Shown here: positions 55,075 through 64,000 of the stretch, piece after piece | Layout of the letters: each line of letters begins with the position of its first letter | How positions within the stretch are numbered: position 1 is the first letter of the stretch | Source of the DNA: Paraspadella gotoi | Lineage: Eukaryota > Animalia > Chaetognatha | Direction of reading: 5' to 3' | Assembly: GCA_051294375.1 (NCBI GenBank) | Contig: CM119265.1 | Location: forward strand, 26,764,694 to 26,828,693 | DNA length: 64,000 nt | Program-made: the position numbers and the translations under genes | Notes under the pieces: generated by a model | Told to the model about the DNA's origin: nothing | The model's database searches: none | Seen by the model: the letters and a program-made list of their open reading frames with translations, nothing else

Positions 55075-57020
55075 CATAAAAAAATTCAAGTGAATGTGAC
55101 TTTACTTTTTTCCATTTCCCCTCACACGATTTCATTGAAACTTTATAACTAGCTTAATCAAACATTTTCCTTACAACATACAAATTTTTATTTCGATTTA
55201 TCAATCTTATTTTTGATAATTTTAACATTTATGAGTAAACATTAGTAAAAAAAAGATTCATGTCAATTTGACTTTGTTTTAATGAATGCAAAATTGTCAC
55301 TTCCCGATAGTTACTTCCCGAAGCGGTGATAGTGATTCATTAAAGCAATGTAATTCATTTATTCATGAGATGATTGTCATTCATTGATGTGATGATAGTC
55401 ATTCATTCATACAATAACATCCATTAATTAAAGCAATAATCATTCTTTGATTGATAAGATTGATAAGTTTGATTAAAAAGATGACAGTCATTAATTAATG
55501 CAATCATAGTCATTACTGTAATCAAATTCAATCATAAATACAATAATAGTAAATCAGTGATGCAATGATGAAAATTCATTGGTGCGATGATAATCAATCA
55601 TTGATATAAATATGATGATAATTATTCATTGACGCCAAGATAAACCTTTATTCAATAATAAATCGATAAAAGAATATCAATCATTCATTCAATCAATTGA
55701 TCATTCAACCAATTAATCATTTTATAAACGCTAAATTGTTGTGTGCATATCTAGAGAGAAAATAAATTTAAAATTTGATACAAAAATTCAAGTAAATGTG
55801 ACTTTTTTTTCTATTAAACCAATTTCTGGGTCATGTGATCACTTGACTGCACAAGTATGAATTAAACAAATGAAGTTTTACCCGACTTATGAGTATTTTT
55901 AACGTAAGTTGGAAAGATCAATGGACAGACAGACATACTGACAGACATAGAGACTGACAGAAATAGCGTCCAACCAACCGTAAAGTCGTTTTTTAGTTGC
56001 TTTGTGTGTACTCAAGGCGCAACTAAAAAGATAGTGATTTATTTACTCTAAAAACAAATAAGGAAATTTGAATTTAAAAAATAAATATGCTGACCTCATG
56101 TGTGAATGGATGAATCCATAATCGGAAATTGAGCTTCCTCAAGTTCGATTTCATTGACATCATCATCATCTTCATCTTCTTCAGTGACATCTTCATCATT
56201 CCCGACTTGATCCTTCTTTGTTTTAGTAGTTCGATGGTCTTTGTCATGTTTGAAGCATTATCCCCGATGCAGGACAAAACATGGGAAAGTGGAAGTTCAT
56301 ATCGCCCTCATTACTGTTTGAACAAACTCCTTTAAGTGTTGGCTGTCGTGGTGAGCCATAGTGTCAATGAGCGCAAGAGTTTTGATCTGCACTCCTGTGT
56401 CAGACCAGTACTGGACTGTTACGCCCAGAAAGTGCGAACGAAGGCGTGTAACTCCGTCGAATTGAGAAAGAAAAAATTTCCCTTCATTTCTTTAGCCAAC
56501 TTTTCTTTTTCAACCGCAACCCGGTCAAAAAGTAAATTGCGAATAGAATCGCGATTCAGATTCACACCGAGTTTCTTCAGCCAGTGCCCCGTTGAGCAAT
56601 TTAAAACCAGTCCCAGAAAAAAAAGTAAATGGAACTCCATCGTACGCAGCCATTTTCAGAATTGCAGACTCAAATTTAGTTTTTGTAATGGACATCGTAG
56701 CCGCGGCTGAAGAATTTGGCAAAAAACGAGTCATTGTGGTCTGTCGTTTTACTTGCTCTGATTGTTTGAACGATTTGTCTTTCTCTTCCACTAATTCAAA
56801 CTCCTTTGGATGACAGCGCTTTAAATGGCGTTTGAGATTTCCTGAAGAAGCGCCGCCAGATTTACAAGAGTACAATTGTTGTACTGCATTGCTTGTCGTT
56901 TTTCTCGATGTTGCACTTGAAACTTTCTGCCTCTTCAATAAAAAAGTTATATACAGAAGATGTTCGTCTTTTACTAGACATGATCCTCTATTGATTTTAC
57001 AATTATTACACGTAGATGGT
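52473..57020 (-). mobile_element. hAT-superfamily (BED-finger/ZBED-like) transposase gene with an intron at 56094-53506 and many frameshifts
   Basis: Reading across frameshifts, in order: BED finger SVYNFFIEEAESFKCNIEKNDKQC...SGNLKRHLKRCHP; YDGVPFTFF; QFDGVTRLRSHFLGVTVQY (first catalytic D); IGDNASNM (second D); HMR|..PHTL..AVEDAIK (CxxH motif split by intron); KTRWGS..RILELKDYI; DVFVAA.EIDPRL; C-terminal TQISV..IFSHLRL...PELAAALIFL. No TIRs identified. Confidence 0.85.
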
Positions 57021-59127
57021 CTAATTAAAAAAAATAAAAATATTTAAAAATTTTTAATAAGTCTCGAAATTATTCTCATGTAATAAAAAAACACTTTTTT
57101 TTCTGGAAAGAGAAAGCAAAGAAAACTGTTTTGTTCGCGAGATTGAAAAAAAATTTTCAAACTGAGAATATTGTCAAGTTTCAATTTGGCGAAAGCGGAA
57201 CGATGCTGATGAAAATACTTTCAATCACGTCTTCCATTATCTGCTGACTCATTCTCGATTAAAGATGCTTAAATGCAGCGCTCTCATTATTCGGATTTGA
57301 AATAAACATATGAACAAGGAGGCGAACGCGCAAAGTATTTAACTTCTCCGAGTTCGCCTCCATAGTCCTCAATTTTTGACTGTAGTCCGATTTCGCCACC
57401 TCAAAAAACATGCGCCTCCGCGCGTTTCCATTCCGCCTCCCGGATCGCGTCTGCATCTCTGGTCACAACCGCCACTCGCCCTTCACCACTCGCCCTTCAC
57501 CATTTGCCACTCACCACACGCAATTAGCCACGCCCACCTGAGCGTCAGCATCGCGCGTCGTAATTGTGGTCGTCATTTGTTAATTCATTTCGCGCGAGAA
57601 GATGTGATCATTGTTGTCTTCGCCGTGATCGTTTTGGTCTTCGTCATCGTCTTCGTTGCTGTCTTCGCCGTGGTCGTTTTCGTCTTCGTCATTCTCTTCG
57701 CCGTGATCGTCGTCGTCTTCGCCGTGATCGTTTTGGTCTTCGTCATTCTCTTCGTCGTGGTCATCATCATGATTAATGTCGTCTTCGCCATAATCAATTG
57801 ATCATCATACTCTTCTTTATTTTCGTCGCCGTCGCAAATGTCTGCGTCGTCGTTGTTGTCTTTGTCAGTTCACGTTATCATTACTATCTCTTGTCATTAT
57901 TTGTTTAATATCGAACATCGATAGTCATTCACTGACATTCGTCATCGTCGTCGTCATTGTCTTGTCTTCGTCGTTGTCTTCGTCTTCATCGCTGTATTCA
58001 TCTTTTTCTCGTCTTCCTCGTTGTCTTCGTCATCGTCGTCGTCGTCGTCATCGTCGTCGTCGTCGTTGTTGACGTCGTAAAGCTTTATTTGCATTTACAA
58101 GAGAGACGCGTAGCGCGTTACGCTTAATTCCTCGCGACGTTTAAATCGAGAATAACAAAAGGGAATGAAGATTGACGCTCGATCGTTAAATGAGAAATGA
58201 TAAAGGCAAAAGTCAAGAAAAAATTATGACAAACGATAGATAAATGATGACAAAGGCCGAAATAGTGATAAAACAAGAAGGGTAATTCCAATGAGTTGCG
58301 CCGCAGTGATTTTATTTTTGCATATATTTCCCTTTGATCATATGATATGACATTGCATGACATAACATGACTACAATAACTTTCTTAGCCCGTGGATTTA
58401 TGACATGCACTGCATCAAACATTCAGAGGCATCGCTTGCAGTCCCTTATATTTGAGGTTTTTTTCTGTCTTAACAAATGAGCAACTAACAATAGGCAAAT
58501 AATATGCATTTTTAATATAAGTAGGATAGACCGAGGGAGAGATATACCGACCGACAGACCGATGGACCGACCGACAGACCGACCGAAAAGTGACTTATAG
58601 AGTGCTCCGCGAGTACTCGAAACCAAAATGACCAAATCAGCGCCGCTTAGTCTCCTTTGGGGGAAAAGAAAGAAATAATTAAAAAAGTTGAAAAAACCAA
58701 GAACGGTAATTCCAATGTGTAGCACCGGCAGTGACTTATATTTTCACATTTAATAGAGACATGCCATGACATGACATGACTAAAAAACTGTCTTTGCCCG
58801 TGTATTAATGACATACACTGTATTAAAATTACGTCTTTTATTCTTACAGTTTTAGGAATTCTTAAGGCGGCGCTACTATGTTTTTTTAAAAATTCTAAGC
58901 TCGATTTTTAATAAAAACGCATCTACGCTTAAGATATTTTTTTTTATTCACGATGAATTTTTTCATCTCTTCTTCTTTTCGATTCTCTCTCCGTCACTAC
59001 CTCTCATCGTTGAAGCGAAAAGAAAGAGGGAGACAGAGAAATATGAGAGAGGAATAGGGAGACAGCGTCGGCGAAGTTGCGTCGCAATTTCGACGGACGC
59101 AACAGAAGTTGACAGAAACGCCAAGCG

Positions 59128-59209
<82 letters not shown>

Positions 59210-60682
59210 AAGTGGTTGCCGCTGGTTTCGTGATTCTGTATCAGCAAATTTCCCCGAAGAGTTGAAGAGAGGCGAAAGAAAAAAGAAAAAAAAAGAAAAA
59301 AGAAAGAAGGAAAGTTTCTTTTTTTCCTCTTCTTTATGGGTTCGAACTCTTCTCTTTTTAAAAGATATGATTTAAATGGATATGATGTGATATGATACGG
59401 TATGATATGAGAAGATATGAGAAGATATGATAAAGTCTTTTTTTTAATTTATAAGGCTTTTTTATTTTGAAAGTAATTATTTTTTTTTTTTTCGATTTCG
59501 GGAGAAACTTTAAGCTACTTCCCCCCCCAAAAAAAAATAACGATTTTTTTATTCCTCGATTCGGTTTGCCGACGACCTCAATGAAATTTGGGACCGAAAT
59601 TAATGAAAAAACAAAAAATGCGGAAACAAAAGAATGAAAGAAAGAAATAAAAGAGAAAGAAACATTGAAAACCGGGTGGCGTTTCAGGGGCGGATCGGGG
59701 GGGAGGTAAGGCGAGGTGGGGCCGTGGGGGAGGCGGGGGTGAGGGGGTGCGAAGTCCCTGGCGTATCGGGTGCGTGGGGGGTGTGGCGAAATCAAACGTC
59801 GAAAGAAATGAAGTCAAAAGTCAAAAAAAGGAAAATAATTTCCGAGGGCGTCTTTACAAACGTCTCCCTCTCTCTCTCTCATCTCTCTCACTACTCTCTC
59901 TCTCTCGTTTTCTCTCTTCTCTTCCTGCTGCTTCTCTTCTCTCTCTTCTCTCTCTCTCTGTCAAACGAGAAGTAGAAATATGAAAACATTTATCCAAAAA
60001 AATAGCAAACTAATAAAAAACAAAAAATTTAAATGTATGAATTCAAAATTTTTTTTTTTCCTAGGATTTTTGAGTGTTATGATTCGTATACAAATAATCA
60101 TTAACAATTAAATATCCAACTATATACATTTAACCTTTCAAACACTTTAATTAGAAGAGACGTTTGAAATGTTTTTATACACAACGATTTTTTTTTTATT
60201 TCATAAGAATGACAACTTTATGTTTGCAACGTCAATTGTCTAATGATCAATATTTTCAATAAAGAAACTTACAATGTTTTCGAGCTTATTTGAGAGCCTT
60301 CATCAGCGTTAAAGATTTGATATAACACAATGAAAGAAAGGATTACACAAAAAGTCAACATTTTATTCTATTTTAAATTCCAAATGTCGGCTGGCGTTTA
60401 GCGGACTATGCGACGGTTAGATGTCAGACGCAACGTTGGAGGGTCCTTTTATATAGCAACCTCGTCCTCTCTCTCATCTCTCACTCTCCTCTTTCTCTCT
60501 TTCTGTCTCTCTCTCTCTCTCTGTCTCTTGTCTCTCCTCTCTTCCTTTAATTCATGATCCACGGGATAATTTTCTTGTTTTTCTCGGAGAAAGAAACAAA
60601 GGGCATCTAATTATATGTTTTCGCCTCTCCGCCAGAGTGCTTGGAAGAGGGAGAGAGAGAGAGAGATAGAGAGAGAGAGAGT

Positions 60683-60718
<36 letters not shown>

Positions 60719-61287
60719 AGAGATAGATAGACGCTGTCTCTTGCATCCGCTAGAGGCTTTGGTCCTAGATTAAATCAGATCAATATCTTATTTTTTATTT
60801 TATTTTTATTTTCTTGTTTTTTATTTTTCGCTTTTCTATTATTCTACATATTATTCATATTCTCTCTCCTCTTCTCTCCTTCTCTCTCTCTTCTCTTCTC
60901 TCTCTCTCTTTTCTCACTCTCTCTTCTCAATTACTTCTCTCTCTCTCTCTCTCGTTTTCTCTAATTTTCTCCTCTTTTTGTCTCAAAACTTCGTATCATT
61001 TGTTTATTCTATATATGTAACCAAATTGCAGACATATATTATGATAGAAAGAAACGAGAGAGAGAGAGGCAGAATATGAGAAGAGAGAGAGGAAGGATGA
61101 GGAGAGAGAGATTAAGGAGAGAGAGAGAGAGATGAGATAGAAAGAAATGAACGAAACGGCAACAAACAAATGAAAAACAGAAAAAAAAGACTAGCAATTT
61201 GATCTGATTTATAGCTCAAGCCTCAGCGACTAGCAATGAGGCTCTCTCTCTACTCTCTACTCTCTCTCTCTTCTCTCTCTCTCGTCT

Positions 61288-61337
<50 letters not shown>

Positions 61338-62733
61338 TCTCCTCCAACTGAACGGGATTTCAAACGATAATTAATCTAACAAAACCTTCATCTCCCTTAT
61401 TCCTCTATTTCGGACTTGCCTTTTCCTATTTCCCCTCTCGCTTTTCCCTTCCCTTCTTTCTTTTCTTTTTTTTTCATTTCCTCCACTTTTCTTTTCTCTC
61501 TTTCTCCTCCTTTTCTTTCCTTTCTTTTCTCACTTCCTTTTTTTCTTTCCTTCTTTTCTCATTTTCTTATTCACTTCTTTCTTTCCTTCTATGCTTCAAG
61601 TATATAATGGGTGATAGACAGACGCCGGGTCTAATTACCCCCTCCTTCTCATTCACCTCCTCCTTCATCCTCTCCCAGGGATATTCGGGCACGTTTCACG
61701 AGATTCAGTTTCACCTTCCTCTCTCTCCTATCAGATCTCTTCTCCCTTTTTGTTTTACGCCTGTCAATTTTTTGTCTCAGTAATAGATTTTTTCCTTCCG
61801 TCAATATTTTAGTCAATATTAATATTTATAAATTACTTCGGTGTTCTTCCGGTTAGGGATTTACCCTTTTCAGGAGCCTTCCTATTGTTTTCCGTTTCTC
61901 CCTTTCTCCTTTCTTTTTTCCTTCTTTCCTCTCTTTCTTTTCCTTGCCTTCCTCCTTTCCTCCCTTTTCCGCTCTCCTCACCAACAAACTTTACTCACTC
62001 CGTTCTCGTTTTCAGATGTTGTTTTATCGAAAATAAATCGTCGTGAAATCGTTGAAATCGTGAAATCGTGAAATCTCTCTCAGATTTCAGAATTTAACTT
62101 CTTCGAGTTTCATCGGAGAAATTTCACGAATCGTTTCGTTTATAATGTATTAATATATTACATACTAAGTACTATATATATACTACATATTATATACATA
62201 TTATTATTACACCGACGATGGATTTATTTCTTTTAAGAGAGGCATCTTGCGGATTTAAAAATAACGTCGAGAGAAAAAAAGTGTTACTTTTCCGTTTTTA
62301 TTTCATTATATTTTGTACATTTTGTTAAGAAAAAAACCCTACTTATATTCAACAGAGGAGTTAAAAAATTACGATTTGCGAATTTAAATTCGACGGAAAC
62401 GTAATTAGATTACAGCATTAAAATTCAGCGGTGTTTGGAGGCGGTTCCCCAGAGGAACGGCTCTCTCACAATCCAAAAAACTGAATTCCGTCACGTTGAA
62501 TGAGACTCCCTCTCTTCTCTCTCTCTCTACTCTCTAATCTCTCTCATCTACTCTCCTATCTCTCTCTCATGCTCTGCTCTCCTCTCAGTCATCTCTCTCT
62601 ACTCTCTATTCTCTCTATTCTCTATCTCTCTCTTTCTCTCTATCTCTCTCTCTACTCTCTCTCTCCTTCTCTTTCTCTCTCTCTCTCTTCTCTCTCTTTT
62701 CTCTCTTCTTTCTACTCTCTCTCTCTTACTTTT

Positions 62734-62770
<37 letters not shown>

Positions 62771-64000
62771 TCTCTCTGCTCTCTATCTCTCTCCCTAGTA
62801 AGGAGAAGTTAAATTTTTCCTTTCAACGCGATTAAATGAGAGCGGCAGAAATTAGCGGTCGCATGGAGATTTTTCTTCGCGGTTTTGGTTATGACGTGAG
62901 TCGACTTCGTTATGGAATCCAATGACTTTATCTCTAGCTGAGCCACTCGCTCTCTACTCTCTCTCTTCTCCTCACTCTTCTGGTTCTCTACCCCTCTTTC
63001 TTTCTCTCTATCTTCTCTCTCTCTTTCTTCTTCTCTTCGTCTCCTTCTCTCTCTCTCGTCCTCTCTCGTCTCTCTCTCTCTTCAGATCTCTCTTCTCTCT
63101 TCTCTCTCTTCTCTCTCTCTCTCTAAGCTTCTCTCTATCTAACTCACCTCCTGGTTCCTCTCATTTCCCAAACTACTTTTCAACAGGCTTTGTCTTAAAC
63201 TTCTTCTTCTCTGCGAAGGACCCTAAGCCCTCTTCCCTTAGCCCCCAACCTCCCCCAAACCCTCTACCCCCAAGACCCCTCACTCTCTCCCCACACTCCC
63301 GCCCCCCGAACTACCATCCATTCTCGCCTCCAAAAGATGGCGCACGCTTGTTTCCCGCCAAGTTTTCCGAAACCGTCGAGAAAAATCCATGGATCGGAGA
63401 TCTGGATAAATCGGTTTTAGTGGCGCCGCGAGAACTTCTCGGAGCAAACTCTATAAGTACTTTTTCGGTCGGTCTGTCGATTTCCCGTTCTGTCGGTAAT
63501 CTCCTCCATTCGGTCTGGTCATTGGATTTAGACCCAACCAGTGTTTCAACTTATGTTAAAAAATGCAAAAATAATTTTTGCGACTTATATTTGAGGTTTT
63601 GCTCCATGGTTTGTTAAGGNNNNNNNNNNNNNNNNNNNNNNNNNNNNNNNNNNNNNNNNNNNNNNNNNNNNNNNNNNNNNNNNNNNNNNNNNNNNNNNNN
63701 NNNNNNNNNNNNNNNNNNNTGTTCTGGACTAAACGACTTCTGCCACTGAAAAGTCAACAACCTTCAACCATAAAGTCTGCAGTAGGACGACGACGACGAC
63801 GACGACGACGTCGACCGCTGCAACGAAATCTTCAAATTCATTATTGATACCACAAACCGATAAATGGTAAGCAATGCAACTTAACCAAAAAAAATTGTCT
63901 TTAACAATATTGGAGCCAATCAGTCTTTCAACTATCTCTCAAATCATTTCGCCAATCAATCTGCCAATCAACCTTCCAATAATTCCGCCAATCAACCTGC

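Overview
This is eukaryotic (animal, probably invertebrate) draft genomic DNA: AT-rich, gapped, and saturated with (GA/TC)n and (GAC/GTC)n microsatellites. Most ORFs in the supplied track are low-complexity or gap artefacts. All family assignments are by eye from remembered motifs; no searches were run. Supported content: (1) a two-exon BarH-class homeobox gene (- strand, 10378-11723) with a locally garbled helix-1 segment; (2) the 3' nine exons of a neuroligin gene (- strand, 28585-35177), missed by the ORF track; (3) a duplicated tRNA-Pro(CGG)/tRNA-Ile(AAT) unit inside the last neuroligin intron; (4) a hAT/ZBED-type transposase spanning BED finger to C-terminal domain (- strand, about 52473-57020), split by a 2.6-kb GT-AG intron and full of indels; (5) a microsatellite-poor island (about 45.9-51.1 kb) with a degraded chuvirus-like fusion glycoprotein gene back-to-back with unrecognised, apparently spliced ORFs and a possible polypurine-tract/LTR boundary; (6) dispersed repeat families, foldback palindromes and minisatellites. 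Many frameshifts look like consensus errors, so pseudogene calls are provisional.
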